Shown here piece by piece: positions 27,746 through 37,738 of a stretch of 64,000 nucleotides of DNA. The DNA is taken from contig CAVXTS010000002.1 in NCBI GenBank assembly GCA_963764735.1, positions 1,663,082 through 1,727,081 of the forward strand, written 5' to 3'. How positions within the stretch are numbered: the stretch's first letter is position 1; each line of letters begins with the position of its first letter. The position numbers were made by a program, and so were the translations under genes. This DNA comes from an uncultured Acidobacteriaceae bacterium (GTDB lineage: Bacteria > Acidobacteriota > Terriglobia > Terriglobales > Acidobacteriaceae). The notes under the pieces are model-generated. The model was not told the DNA's origin and ran no database searches. It saw only the letters and a list, made by a program, of their open reading frames with translations.

Positions 27746-29371
27746 TTACAATTTAGCTTTTTCCAACTCCACCAGGCGCACGCTGGCGATGGCCTCAACC
27801 TTGCGCAGCGCTTCAATGGCGGCCGCAGTGTGCCCATTGTCGTGCGTATCGATCTGGACCACGGCCAGCGCCTGGCCCTGGGGTACGCGCTGCGAACGGG
27901 TGGACCGGCCCAGCGCGAAGTTCGCGATATTCAGCGAGTGTTCGCCCAGAATCGTTCCGATGCGGCCCACAACTCCCGGAACATCGTGGTTGCGAATGGT
28001 CACCAGCGTACCCTGCAGCGGGGCCTCGATGTCGATGCCGTCGTAGGTGAGCAGGCGCGGCGAGGTCCGATGCAGTACCGTCGCCGACGCGCTGGCATCG
28101 CCGTCCGACGAGTGCAGCGTAATCTTCAGCGTGCTCCCGGAGCCTCCCGTCGTGAACTCCTTCTTGTCTTCCTGAATACGAATCCCGCGTTCCTGCGCAA
28201 TCGCCGCTGCATTAATGCGATTGACCACTTCGGAATTCGCGAAGACGCCGCAGATCGCAGCATTGCGAATCAGTTCGGTCTTGCCCTGGGCGATCCGGCC
28301 GGCGTAGGTGATCTGAATATTCTCCAGATTGCCGGGTATTGCATGCGACAGGAACAGCCCCAGCCTCTCTGCCATGTCGATATAAGGCGCGATCTCCTTG
28401 TACTCCTCGTGCGAGAGCGACGGCAGGTTGACGGCGTTCTGCACCACGCCGAGCTTCAGGTAATCGCGCACCTGCATCGCCAACTGGACGCCGATCGCCT
28501 CCTGCGCCTCATTCGTGGAGCCGGCGATGTGCGGCGACATTAGCACATTCTCCAGTTCAAAGTACGGTGAATCCTTCAACGGCTCATGGTGGAAGACATC
28601 CAGCGCGGCTCCGGCGACGTGGCCCGAGCGGACGCCCTCGATCAGCGCCTGATCGACAATCAACTCGCCCCGCGCGCAGTTGATGATGCGGATACCCGCC
28701 TTCATGATCTTGATCGAGGTGGCATTGATCATCCCCTCGGTCTGCGAAGTCAGCCCGACATGCAGGGTAAGGTAGTCGGATCGCTTGAAAATCTCATCGA
28801 TCGGCACCAGCGTGACTTCATTCTCCCGCGCGATCACGGGAGCGATAAATGGGTCGTAGCCAATCAGTTCCATGCTGAAGCTCTTCGCGCGCCGCGCCAC
28901 CTCCAGGCCAATGCGCCCCAAGCCAACAATCCCCAACGTCTTGCCGCGCAGCTCTGACCCCTGTAGCGACTTCTTCTCCCACTTGGCCGCGTGCATGGTG
29001 CCATTGGCGCGCGGAATGGAACGGGCCATGGAAATCATCAGGCCGAGCGTGAGTTCGGCCACTGCAACCGCGTTGGCGCCCGGTGTGTTCATCACCACGA
29101 TGCCGCCACGCGTTGCCGCGTCGGTGTCGATATTGTCGACGCCCACGCCGGCGCGGCCGATCACCCGCAGCTTCGGCGCAGACTCGAGCAGCTTGGCATC
29201 CACCTGCACGGCGGACCGGACGACCAGAGCGTCGGCTTCGGCGAGTTCCTTTTCCAGGCCGCCAAGGCCAAGCTTGGCAATCTGGTCGGCGGTAACGATC
29301 TCCCATCCCGGCTCTTCCTTCAATACCGCCAGCGTGGCCGGCGACACTTTTTCTGCGAGAACGATCTTCAT
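27746..29371 (-). CDS. serA: D-3-phosphoglycerate dehydrogenase (long form with ASB and ACT domains)
   Basis: 541 aa. It has the NAD-binding motif GIVGLGRIGLEVARR, a catalytic region (CARGELIVDQAL, HIAGST) and a C-terminal ACT-like region. Confidence 0.95.
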   Translation of the reverse strand: MKIVLAEKVSPATLAVLKEEPGWEIVTADQIAKLGLGGLEKELAEADALVVRSAVQVDAKLLESAPKLRVIGRAGVGVDNIDTDAATRGGIVVMNTPGANAVAVAELTLGLMISMARSIPRANGTMHAAKWEKKSLQGSELRGKTLGIVGLGRIGLEVARRAKSFSMELIGYDPFIAPVIARENEVTLVPIDEIFKRSDYLTLHVGLTSQTEGMINATSIKIMKAGIRIINCARGELIVDQALIEGVRSGHVAGAALDVFHHEPLKDSPYFELENVLMSPHIAGSTNEAQEAIGVQLAMQVRDYLKLGVVQNAVNLPSLSHEEYKEIAPYIDMAERLGLFLSHAIPGNLENIQITYAGRIAQGKTELIRNAAICGVFANSEVVNRINAAAIAQERGIRIQEDKKEFTTGGSGSTLKITLHSSDGDASASATVLHRTSPRLLTYDGIDIEAPLQGTLVTIRNHDVPGVVGRIGTILGEHSLNIANFALGRSTRSQRVPQGQALAVVQIDTHDNGHTAAAIEALRKVEAIASVRLVELEKAKL

Positions 29372-29395
29372 GAACTTCCTTCTCTAAGCTGGGTT

Positions 29396-30577
29396 CTATT
29401 TCGTACGTTCGGCAAACATCGCTTGCGCGGCAACAAGACCAATGCCGAAGGCGAGATTCGGGAGTGGAAGCTTCAACGCAACAGCAACCTGTTCCAGCGC
29501 GCCAATCACGGCGATCGTGTCCATGTAGTCGAAGAAGCCGATGTGGGCGATGCGGAAAAGCGACCCCTTCATCTCACCCTGCCCGTCAGTGACGATGATG
29601 GCGAACTTGGAGCGGAGGCCCTTGACGATCAGGCCCGAATCCACGCCCTCGGGCGGAAGAATCGCCGTCGCAGCAGCGGCTTCGAAGCCCGTCGGAGCAA
29701 ACAGCTTAAAGCCCATCGCGGTAGCGGCCGCGCGGGTCATTGCGGCGCAGGTCTCGGCATTGTCGACCAGTTTCTTGCGGCCTTCCACCAGGTTTCCGTC
29801 GGCCTGTCCGGCGATATAGTCCAGCGCAGCTCCCATGGCCGCGATCAGTGCGACTGAGGGAGTATAGGCCGACTCACCTTTGGCCGCGTTCTTGCGTTCC
29901 TTGCGCAGGTCGAAGTAGTAGCGCGGATTATAGGTCGCTTCCATGCGATCCCACGCGCGCTGGCTGACCGCGAGGTAGCTAAGGCCGGGAGGAATCATCA
30001 GTGCCTTTTGCGAGCCGCCGATCAGGATGTCGATACCCCAGGCATCCATGTCCAGGTGGGTCGTGCCAATGCCCGTGATGGCGTCGACGACGAACAGGGC
30101 CTCGGACTTTGCGTCCTTCAGCAGCCTGCCTATGGCCTGCACGTCATGGCGGACGCCTGTGGAAGACTCGGTCGCCTGGACGAAGACGACGCGCGTCTCC
30201 AGTTTCAGCGCGGCCTTCACTTCGTCCAGAGAAAACGTGCTGCCGTACGGAGCGGAGACAACGTCCACCTCGCAGCCGAACGCCTTGGCGATGCCGGTCC
30301 AGCGCTCGCCGAATTTACCGGCGCTAAGCACCAGCACGCGATCGCCGGGCGAAGTAAGGTTCGAGACCGAGGCTTCCATGGCCCCGGTGCCGGAACTGGC
30401 CAGAATCAGGACGTCGTTGCGGGTGTTGATAAAGTCCTTGAGTTGCCCGAGGACGCGGGTGTAGAGGGCACGAAACTCGGCCGTCCGGTGGTGAATGTCG
30501 GCCGCGGCCATGGCAAACTGGGCGGCAGGCAGCAGAGGCGTTGGGCCTGGAGTGTAGAGACGTGTCTTCCGGATCAT
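29396..30577 (-). CDS. class V aminotransferase (AGXT/phosphoserine aminotransferase-like)
   Basis: 393 aa with the PLP-lysine region IGGSQKALMIPPGLS. It lies 25 nt upstream of serA on the same strand, so a phosphoserine aminotransferase role is plausible. Confidence 0.88.
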   Translation of the reverse strand: MIRKTRLYTPGPTPLLPAAQFAMAAADIHHRTAEFRALYTRVLGQLKDFINTRNDVLILASSGTGAMEASVSNLTSPGDRVLVLSAGKFGERWTGIAKAFGCEVDVVSAPYGSTFSLDEVKAALKLETRVVFVQATESSTGVRHDVQAIGRLLKDAKSEALFVVDAITGIGTTHLDMDAWGIDILIGGSQKALMIPPGLSYLAVSQRAWDRMEATYNPRYYFDLRKERKNAAKGESAYTPSVALIAAMGAALDYIAGQADGNLVEGRKKLVDNAETCAAMTRAAATAMGFKLFAPTGFEAAAATAILPPEGVDSGLIVKGLRSKFAIIVTDGQGEMKGSLFRIAHIGFFDYMDTIAVIGALEQVAVALKLPLPNLAFGIGLVAAQAMFAERTK

Positions 30578-30675
30578 ACTTTTATTGTATCGAGCCTCGC
30601 GCTTTGCCGCGCGACAGGGCGGTTACCGATCAGCGACGGCCGGAGATCGACCGCGAGTAAGCGCAGATCGTTCTT

Positions 30676-31146
30676 CTACTTAGCCAATGCAGCCTTCACC
30701 AGGTCGGCGACAACCTTGCCATCGGCGCGCAGGCCGCCGGCCAGAATCCGCTGCTGGACGATCTTCATCGCTGCCCCCATGTCGCGGGGCCCAGGTTTGC
30801 TGCCACCGCTCGCGGCAAGGTGGGCGATGGCCGTCTCGACGATTTCGCGGACCTGGTCTTCGCCGGCAGCCTGGGGCATGTAGGCCTCAATCATCCCAAT
30901 TTCGGCCTGCTCCTTCGCCGCAAGTTCCGGGCGGCCGCCCTTGGTAAAGCTCTCCACCGACTCCCTCCGCTGCTTCAGCAGGGTGGAAAGCACCGCGGTT
31001 TGTTCGGGGTCGCTCAGCGGTCCGCGCTTGTCGATCTCCTTGGAACGCAATGCAGACTTGACCATGCGTAGCGTCGTTACACGGTGCTCATCTCTTGATT
31101 TCATTGCGGTGATGATGTCCGCCCCGACCTTTTCGCTGATGCTCAC
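30676..31146 (-). CDS. GatB/YqeY domain protein
   Basis: ORF 30676..31281 trimmed to GTG 31146 (GGAGA 5 nt upstream). VSISEKVGADIITAMKSRDEHRVTTLRMVKSALRSKEID... is a typical YqeY N-terminus. Confidence 0.85.
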   Translation of the reverse strand: MSISEKVGADIITAMKSRDEHRVTTLRMVKSALRSKEIDKRGPLSDPEQTAVLSTLLKQRRESVESFTKGGRPELAAKEQAEIGMIEAYMPQAAGEDQVREIVETAIAHLAASGGSKPGPRDMGAAMKIVQQRILAGGLRADGKVVADLVKAALAK

Positions 31147-31248
31147 TGTGTCTCCGTGCCGTCCGTTCTCGCGATTTCTCGACCACCTCAATTGTACGAG
31201 CCCGGGAGGCCAGTCGCGGGGTTGCGTTAGGATAGGGATAAGGAGCCT

Positions 31249-31956
31249 ATGCGTCTTTCCGATATGAACCGTCTCCGCCAATTGGTCCCAACCCTCATCC
31301 TGGCGATCAGCCTTCCTTTCGCAGCTTTACCCCTGACAGCGCAGCGAACCGCCGGTTCGCAGCCCGGCGACCCCTTCAAGGATACGTCCATCCTAAAGCC
31401 GCCGGCGGGCGCGAGGGTGGCCGTGCTCGAGTGGGAGGACCTGGGTTGCCCAGCCTGCGCGCATGCATATCCGATTGTCCATGCGGCGGTAGCCCATTAC
31501 AACATTCCGCTGGTGCGAAGAGACTTCCCCCTTGCACAGCACATCTGGACGTTTGATGCGGCAGTGTGGGCACGGTATCTGCAGGACAAAGTGTCGCCGA
31601 AGACAGCGGACGAATATCGCGGGGAGGTATTCAAGGCGCAGTTTGGCATCAACAGCAAGGATGACATGTTGTCCTTCACCCGGCAGTTCTTCAAGTCGCA
31701 TGGTCTGGCGATGCCGTTCGTTCCCGATCCAACCGGGCAACTGACCAAGGAAGTGCAGGCGGACTACGATCTGGGGCAAAAGCTGGGAGTGCAGCATACG
31801 CCCACGATCATCGTGTGCAGTCAGCGCGAATGGGTCCAGGTCACCGACGTTAATTTGCTTTATCAGACGATCAGCGAGGTCGAGGCAAAGGCTCCAGCGG
31901 CTGGCCCGGCGACAACCGCGAAGAGGACGACCGCAGCAGCTAAGAAGAGCCAGTAG
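31249..31956 (+). CDS. secreted DsbA/thioredoxin-fold protein
   Basis: It has a signal peptide, the active-site motif LGCPACAH (CPAC), and a cis-Pro region GVQHTPTIIV. Confidence 0.85.
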   Translation: MRLSDMNRLRQLVPTLILAISLPFAALPLTAQRTAGSQPGDPFKDTSILKPPAGARVAVLEWEDLGCPACAHAYPIVHAAVAHYNIPLVRRDFPLAQHIWTFDAAVWARYLQDKVSPKTADEYRGEVFKAQFGINSKDDMLSFTRQFFKSHGLAMPFVPDPTGQLTKEVQADYDLGQKLGVQHTPTIIVCSQREWVQVTDVNLLYQTISEVEAKAPAAGPATTAKRTTAAAKKSQ

Positions 31957-32097
31957 AGCGGTTTCCCGGGAAACCTGACGCCTCAATACCTCTTACGACG
32001 CGTGCCCACTCGCTCACTAGCAGCCGTCTGTTGCCAGTGCACCGGTCACTTGCAGAATGCGGTCGCGCAGCCGCGCGACTCCGGAGGAAGCAACCCT

Positions 32098-32739
32098 TTG
32101 AAGCGCCTTGGAATCCTGCTCTCCGGTCGTGGTTCGAACTTCATCGCCATCGCCACCGCGATTCGCGAGCGCCGCCTGCTGGGTGCGGAGATCGCGGTGG
32201 TATTGTCCAACCGCGCCGACGCCGGCGGACTGACCGCAGCGCAGGATCTGGGCCTTCCGGCGTTTGCCATTCCGTCCGCAGGACGCAAACGCGCCGACCA
32301 CGATGCGGAGATGATCGCCAGGCTGCACCAGCATCGCGTGGACCTGGTCTGCCTGGCGGGTTACATGCGGATCCTCTCCGTCGAGTTTGTGCGCGCATTT
32401 CCCAACCGCATCCTGAACATCCACCCCTCGCTCCTGCCGGCTTTTCCGGGGCTGAATGCGCAGGCCCAGGCGCTGGAGTTCGGTGCCAAAGTGGCCGGAT
32501 GCACCGTCCATTTTGTCGATGAGACTTTAGACCATGGTGCGATCGTGGTGCAGCGCGCGGTTGCTGTGCTCGATGACGACACCGCGGAGAGCCTTGAGGC
32601 GAAGATCCTCGAGCAGGAACACATCGCCTATCCCGAAGCAATTGTGCGCGTCCTAAGCGGCGATTTTCGCTTCGAAGGAAGGCGCTACGTGCATCGCGCC
32701 CGGCCGTCAACCCGCAAGCTGCACGGGCCCCAGCTGTGA
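32098..32739 (+). CDS. purN: phosphoribosylglycinamide formyltransferase
   Basis: Signatures are LGILLSGRGSNFIAI, CLAGYMRIL, NIHPSLLPAFPG and GCTVHFVDETLDHGAIV. I place the start at TTG 32098 (GGAGGAAG about 10 nt upstream). The ORF track start at GTG 32002 would add 32 non-conserved residues. Confidence 0.9.
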   Translation: MKRLGILLSGRGSNFIAIATAIRERRLLGAEIAVVLSNRADAGGLTAAQDLGLPAFAIPSAGRKRADHDAEMIARLHQHRVDLVCLAGYMRILSVEFVRAFPNRILNIHPSLLPAFPGLNAQAQALEFGAKVAGCTVHFVDETLDHGAIVVQRAVAVLDDDTAESLEAKILEQEHIAYPEAIVRVLSGDFRFEGRRYVHRARPSTRKLHGPQL

Positions 32740-32753
32740 CCCCGCGCACACTC

Positions 32754-32966
32754 TCATTTGATGACGGGTTTAGCCGGATGGAAGATGCTGCCAATCGATC
32801 CGATCAGCCCAAAGTATTGCAACAGCCAGATGACGACCGCAATGATAACGATGATGCGAATGATTTGCTTGATCGTCCGATCCATCGGGATCAGTTCGAC
32901 CAGGTACAGCAGCAGCCCAATCACAACGAGCGTGATGATAATGCTGACAATGCCGGACGTGAGCAT
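32754..32966 (-). CDS. small two-helix membrane protein (70 aa)
   Basis: ORF trimmed to ATG 32966. Translation MLTSGIVSIIITLVVIGLLLYLVELIPMDRTIKQIIRIIVIIAVVIWLLQYFG... shows two clear hydrophobic helices. No family firmly recognised. Confidence 0.6.
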   Translation of the reverse strand: MLTSGIVSIIITLVVIGLLLYLVELIPMDRTIKQIIRIIVIIAVVIWLLQYFGLIGSIGSIFHPAKPVIK

Positions 32967-33095
32967 ACCAAGATGTCTCCTGTCTTGCTTGGATGCAGAA
33001 AAACTCCAACGTTGTCTCGGATTTACAAGAAAAGTTTGACGTCCCGCGGGCACCCGCCGGATGCGCGAAAACTTCCAGAAGTTGCGCGCAACGCC

Positions 33096-34757
33096 TCAGA
33101 TCTCCAGAATCACCGGCATAATCAACGGGCGGCGGCTGGTGCTCTTCTGGATGTAGCGCTTCAGATCGCTCCGAATCTTCTCTTTGATCACGCCGTAGTC
33201 CGCCTTCTCTTCGTCGCTGGAGATCTCCAGTGTCCGCTGCACCACCTGGCGTGACTCCGAGATAAGATTGGGGTCGTCCACGGCAAATCCACGCATCACA
33301 ACCTCCAGCGACTCCTCCACTTTTCCCGTACGCTTGTTAATGGTAATGATGGGCAGCACAATGCCTCCTTCGGAGATGTGCTGCCGGTCGCGGATGACGA
33401 TGTCCTCGACCACGTCGATCGACCCGCCCGCATCAATGCACACGCGTCCAGCCGTGATCTTCCCGCTCTTCACCGCACTTTTCTTGTCCAAATCCAGGAT
33501 CTCGCCGTCTTCCAGCAGGATCACCTTCTCCACGATATCCAGACCACCGGCAAGCTCTGCATGGCGCTTCAGATGCCGGTAGTCGCCGTGAATCGGCACA
33601 AAGAACTTCGGCCGCAGCAGGTTGATCATCAGCCGCAGCTCTTCCTGCGAGCCGTGTCCGCTGACATGGATCAGACCCTGGGTGCCATCGTCGTAGATCA
33701 CCTCGGCGTCGCGACGCTCCAGGTGGTCGATCATCCGGTAGATCGACTTCTCATTGCCCGGAATCACGCGCGAACTCAGCACCACCGCATCGCCGGCGTC
33801 GATCCGGGCGTGCTTGTGGTTGTTCACCGCAGCCCGCGATAGCGCCGACATCGGCTCGCCTTGCGTCCCCGAGATCAGTACCAGCAACTTGTTGGCTTGC
33901 ATCTCGCGTATCTGGCTGGGGCTGATGAGTAGCCCCGCAGGCAAGTCCAGATAGCCCAGGTCCTGCGCGATTTCTGTCGAATTGTCGATGGACCGGCCCA
34001 CCACTGCAACCTTGCGTCCATGCGCCGCAGCCAGTTCCATCGCGATCCGGATGCGATGGATCGAGGAGGAAAAGCAGCTGAAGAATATCTTCTTCTTGGC
34101 TTGGCTAAAGATCTCGTCCAGTCGCGGCCGCACCGCTCGCTCACTCGGTGTGTAGCCGGGCCGGTCGACGTTGGTGGAGTCCTGTAGCAGGCACAGCACC
34201 CCCTCCTTCCCCAACTCGGCAAACGCATGCAGGTCAAAAGGCTTCGCGTCCGGGGAGGATAGATCGATCTTGAAATCCCCGGTGTGCAAGACCAGGCCCA
34301 CCGGAGTGTGGATAGCCAGTGCAACGCAGTCCACCAGGCTGTGCGTCACCCGGATCGGCATGATGGAGAACGGCCCCAGGGTAAAGCGGTGCCCGGGCAT
34401 GATCTCGATCAGTTCAGCATCATCCAGCAGCCGATGCTCCTCCAGTTTGCCCTCCACCAGGGCCAGCGTGAACTCCGTGCCGTAAACCGGGACGTTCAAT
34501 TCCGATAAGATCCACGGCAGTCCGCCAATATGGTCCTCGTGCCCGTGCGTCAGCACAATCGCCTTCACCTTGTCCCGGTTCTCGGTCAGGTAGCTGATGT
34601 CGGGTACGACGATATCGACGCCCAAAAGCTCTTCTTCGGGAAACATCAGGCCGGCATCGATGACAATGATGTCATCCTGCCACCGGAGGGCCAGGCAGTT
34701 CATCCCGAACTCTCCCAGGCCCCCAAGGGGGATCATGCGTAATTTATCGTGAGCCAT
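33096..34757 (-). CDS. rnj: ribonuclease J
   Basis: 553 aa. It has the metallo-beta-lactamase motif LTHGHEDHIGG, a beta-CASP region and an RNase J C-terminal domain. The N-terminus is LRMIPLGGLGEFGMNC. Confidence 0.95.
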   Translation of the reverse strand: MAHDKLRMIPLGGLGEFGMNCLALRWQDDIIVIDAGLMFPEEELLGVDIVVPDISYLTENRDKVKAIVLTHGHEDHIGGLPWILSELNVPVYGTEFTLALVEGKLEEHRLLDDAELIEIMPGHRFTLGPFSIMPIRVTHSLVDCVALAIHTPVGLVLHTGDFKIDLSSPDAKPFDLHAFAELGKEGVLCLLQDSTNVDRPGYTPSERAVRPRLDEIFSQAKKKIFFSCFSSSIHRIRIAMELAAAHGRKVAVVGRSIDNSTEIAQDLGYLDLPAGLLISPSQIREMQANKLLVLISGTQGEPMSALSRAAVNNHKHARIDAGDAVVLSSRVIPGNEKSIYRMIDHLERRDAEVIYDDGTQGLIHVSGHGSQEELRLMINLLRPKFFVPIHGDYRHLKRHAELAGGLDIVEKVILLEDGEILDLDKKSAVKSGKITAGRVCIDAGGSIDVVEDIVIRDRQHISEGGIVLPIITINKRTGKVEESLEVVMRGFAVDDPNLISESRQVVQRTLEISSDEEKADYGVIKEKIRSDLKRYIQKSTSRRPLIMPVILEI

Positions 34758-35046
34758 CCAGCCCCGATTCTACACCCCATAAGAATTGCAACCAGACAGC
34801 CATGAGATGGCCGTGACGGAAGCCAACAGCCGCGATGCGTGCGCTTTGCTCCTATCTCGGGCCGACGGACCACAATTTCTCCTCAAACACCACTGGCACG
34901 TAAATTACCGGATTCGCAGAGCGACCATTGCGAATTATTTGTATTGATTCTGCTAGGTTTATGATTATGTTCATATTTTCTTTGACAATCGTATTCTCGC
35001 TGAGTTATGGTGGTGACGGGTACCTTACACCCACTGGAGCCACCCA

Positions 35047-35670
35047 ATGCGCCGAATGATTCTGACCCCTCTCGTTCTGCTCCCGGTTTTGGCCTATGCA
35101 CAGGCCAGCACCCGGACTGAACCTCAGCCGTCCCCATCCTCGGTTAACCTTCCCGCCGAGCAAGCCGAACTGCCCGGCGATAGGTCCACGTCGCCCGGGT
35201 GGAAGCTCACCCAGCCCGCTGAACCCGCCAAAGATGCCATGGCGGCAGTACCTGCCCGCGCCACCACGCTCAACCCGGCAAGCCACGCCACCGTCCGCGA
35301 GTTCGTGCAGACCCGGATGACGGATGACTTTGCCGATGCCGCTCTCCGCCGCGGCGGAACCCTCGAGTACGTGATGTACGGCGGAGGCACGCCAACCGAG
35401 TCGTCTGCGCCTGCCCTCACCAGGGCGGTCGAAATCGACTTGTCGCAACAGGAGTTGGCTGCGCAACCGCCTCTAGCCAATGTCGTGGTTCGCGCCACGG
35501 TGGATGCCTACGGTTTCCCGCGCAACCTCGCGGTGGCCCACTCTGCCGGAGCGGTGCTGGACAAGAAGGCGCTGGCAGCGGTAAGCCAGTACCGCTTCAA
35601 GCCCGCAACGCTGGACAACCGGCCGATAGATGCATCGGTCTTGATCACCATCAGCATTCAGAAGCCATAA
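35047..35670 (+). CDS. secreted TonB C-terminal-domain protein
   Basis: It has a signal peptide (MRRMILTPLVLLPVLAYAQA) and a Pro-rich segment. The C-terminal region VVVRATVDAYGFPRNLAVAHSAGAVLDKKALAAVSQYRFKPATLDNRPIDASVLITISI is a TonB_C-type fold. Confidence 0.8.
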   Translation: MRRMILTPLVLLPVLAYAQASTRTEPQPSPSSVNLPAEQAELPGDRSTSPGWKLTQPAEPAKDAMAAVPARATTLNPASHATVREFVQTRMTDDFADAALRRGGTLEYVMYGGGTPTESSAPALTRAVEIDLSQQELAAQPPLANVVVRATVDAYGFPRNLAVAHSAGAVLDKKALAAVSQYRFKPATLDNRPIDASVLITISIQKP

Positions 35671-35760
35671 CGCTGGCAAGCCGGCAAACTCGCGGCGGAC
35701 AGGTTTGCGCTACCCCTCTCCGCAACTGGAGATCGGGCGCGCGATTTGAAGAGCACTCCT

Positions 35761-35801
35761 GCGCTCTCATCCTCCACAACCGGAGGATGAGAGCGCATTT
35801 T
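35761..35801 (+). terminator. intrinsic terminator after the TonB-like gene
   Basis: A perfect 15-bp stem, GCGCTCTCATCCTCC-acaacc-GGAGGATGAGAGCGC, is followed by ATTTT. Confidence 0.8.
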
Positions 35802-35907
35802 CGGTATTGCGTGCGCACTTGGGGGGCCAGGCGGGCCGATTCGGTCAGCCTTCATGCTGGCGCCTCAGTCTACAATCCTGCCTGTTCTCCGTCTGGATTG
35901 CTGTGAG

Positions 35908-36087
35908 CTAAGGGCCGAACTCATGGTCTGCCCGGGAATCGCTCGGTGGAAGGCATTGGCAGTCCTTTGCCGGCGAATCCGTGGCCTTTATGGACATCTT
36001 CCATATCTCGCGAAAGTACACAGCCCCAAGGAAGCTGCCGAACACCACCATCGCTGCCGTTATGTCGAAGACTGCATCGGTCGACAT
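35908..36087 (-). CDS. small hypothetical membrane protein (59 aa)
   Basis: ATG 36087 is preceded by a strong SD, AAGGAGG, 6 nt upstream. Translation MSTDAVFDITAAMVVFGSFLGAVYFREIWKMSIKATDSPAKDCQCLPPSDSRADHEFGP* contains one hydrophobic helix. Confidence 0.4.
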   Translation of the reverse strand: MSTDAVFDITAAMVVFGSFLGAVYFREIWKMSIKATDSPAKDCQCLPPSDSRADHEFGP

Positions 36088-36229
36088 CTTGCGCCTCCTT
36101 AATGCAGATGCGAGAGTGTAGAGCCAGGTTGGCCTGGAAAGTTGTGACCGCGGACACACAGCAGCAGCTTGTGCATGGTGCAAGTTCCAAAGCGGCCACC
36201 GAGCCGGCGCAGGAGTTATGGATCGAACG

Positions 36230-37738
36230 TCACCCGAGTCGGGAGTCGTGCGAGTCGGCGGGAGGAACCGCGGAGCGTGCAGCCGTGCGGGCGTCGCGTA
36301 TCAGATCCGGCAGTCCGACGCCGTCGAGCGCATTGCCCAGCAGGGTCAGGCCGGGAAGCGCACGCAAGCGTGACTCGAACTCGGCGACGCGTGCGGAGTG
36401 ACCCACCGCGTACTGCGGCAGCGAGTTGGGCAGGCGGCGGACGACCGTGAGCACGGGCGGCGGCGCGGGCGTGGTTGCGTCGAGCTGCGTATTGGCGTGG
36501 AGTGCGCGGGCGAGTTCCAGCCGGGCGATGGCGGCGATCTCGTCGTTGTTGCAGCGGGCAATGCGATCGGCGGCAGCGCCTCCGAAGAATGCGCGGACCA
36601 GGCGGCCGTTGGCCGGAACGCGATGGGCGAATTTCTGGTCGACGAAGGTGCAGGCGAGCAGCAGACTGGCGGTTGAATCCAGCGCACGCTCAGGCTCGGA
36701 GAACCTCGGCGGGACCAGGAATCCGAAGCCGGGCGGCAGAGGGACGCGACTGGCGTCGTCGTAGCAGAATGCAACCAGAACGGCGGAACTGGATTCCGTC
36801 GGCAGAAGCTCGGCCGCAGTGTTCGAGAGCGGCGTCAACAACTGGCGCGCCGCATCCAGAGGCGTGGCGAGGAGGATCGCATCAAAGGTCTCGGAGCCGT
36901 AGTGCTTCCCGTGCTTGGTCAGGATGGTCCACGGCGGCGAGTCAGATTTGCCGATTTGGATCGCGGTGACGGCGGTGTTGCGGCGAATCCAATGCGCAGG
37001 GATGGCGGCGACCAGGCGATCGACCAAAGCACCCAGGCCGGAGCGAAGCGTAGTGAAGATGCCGTTTGTGGGTTGCTCGTTGCTCGTCGATCGCTGCAGC
37101 GCAGCGATCAGGGAGCCATGCTCGCGCTCCATGGCGACAAAGGCCGGCATGGCAGCGCGCACGCTGAGACGCCGGACATCGCCGCCGAAGACGCCGCTGA
37201 GCAGGGGGGCGGCAACACGAGCAAGCACCTCCGGGCCGAAGTGGCGCAGGGTGAAATCGGCGACGCTCTCGTCGTGCACGGGCGCGGAGGCGCGCAGTTC
37301 GGCGGCGCGCGCCGGCTCTGCGCGGTAAGCAGCGATGGCGGCTTGGGTCAGGAGCGGCGAACCCTCGAGGGCAGCAAGGTCGCTCGGCACCATCATGTTG
37401 AAGCCGCTGGGCAGGGGGACGAGGCGGCCCGCTGGATTCTCCGGCGTCGCGAGCAGAATCCAGGTCTGACGCTGGGCGTCGTTCGACGAGATCAACTCGT
37501 CGGCCAAGCCAAGTTCAACGGCGAGTTCGCGTGCCCATGGCTTGGCGGAAACCCAGCCGTCGGGGCCAGTTTCGACGGTGAAGCCGCCTTCGCGAACCGT
37601 TTCGATAAGGCCGCCAAGACGAGTCGACGCTTCAAACAGCACCGCCTCGACGGGCACGCCGGCGTGCGCCTGCTGCGCCAGTTCGTAGGCGGCGGTGAGG
37701 CCGGCGATTCCTCCTCCGACGATGGCGACGCGGTACAT
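36230..37738 (-). CDS. hemY: protoporphyrinogen/coproporphyrinogen III oxidase (HemY/CgoX type, FAD-dependent)
   Basis: 502 aa with the dinucleotide-binding N-terminus MYRVAIVGGGIAGLTAAYEL. Its ATG shares one base with the hemH stop (TGATG). Confidence 0.9.
   Translation of the reverse strand: MYRVAIVGGGIAGLTAAYELAQQAHAGVPVEAVLFEASTRLGGLIETVREGGFTVETGPDGWVSAKPWARELAVELGLADELISSNDAQRQTWILLATPENPAGRLVPLPSGFNMMVPSDLAALEGSPLLTQAAIAAYRAEPARAAELRASAPVHDESVADFTLRHFGPEVLARVAAPLLSGVFGGDVRRLSVRAAMPAFVAMEREHGSLIAALQRSTSNEQPTNGIFTTLRSGLGALVDRLVAAIPAHWIRRNTAVTAIQIGKSDSPPWTILTKHGKHYGSETFDAILLATPLDAARQLLTPLSNTAAELLPTESSSAVLVAFCYDDASRVPLPPGFGFLVPPRFSEPERALDSTASLLLACTFVDQKFAHRVPANGRLVRAFFGGAAADRIARCNNDEIAAIARLELARALHANTQLDATTPAPPPVLTVVRRLPNSLPQYAVGHSARVAEFESRLRALPGLTLLGNALDGVGLPDLIRDARTAARSAVPPADSHDSRLG

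Noticed and set aside
34925-35010. AT-rich stretch upstream of the TonB-like gene, considered as a Fur box with promoter TTGACA (34982)-17 nt-TTATGG
   Set aside because: The promoter-like hexamers are plausible. However, I could not align any 19-mer convincingly to the GATAATGATAATCATTATC consensus, so no Fur site is claimed.
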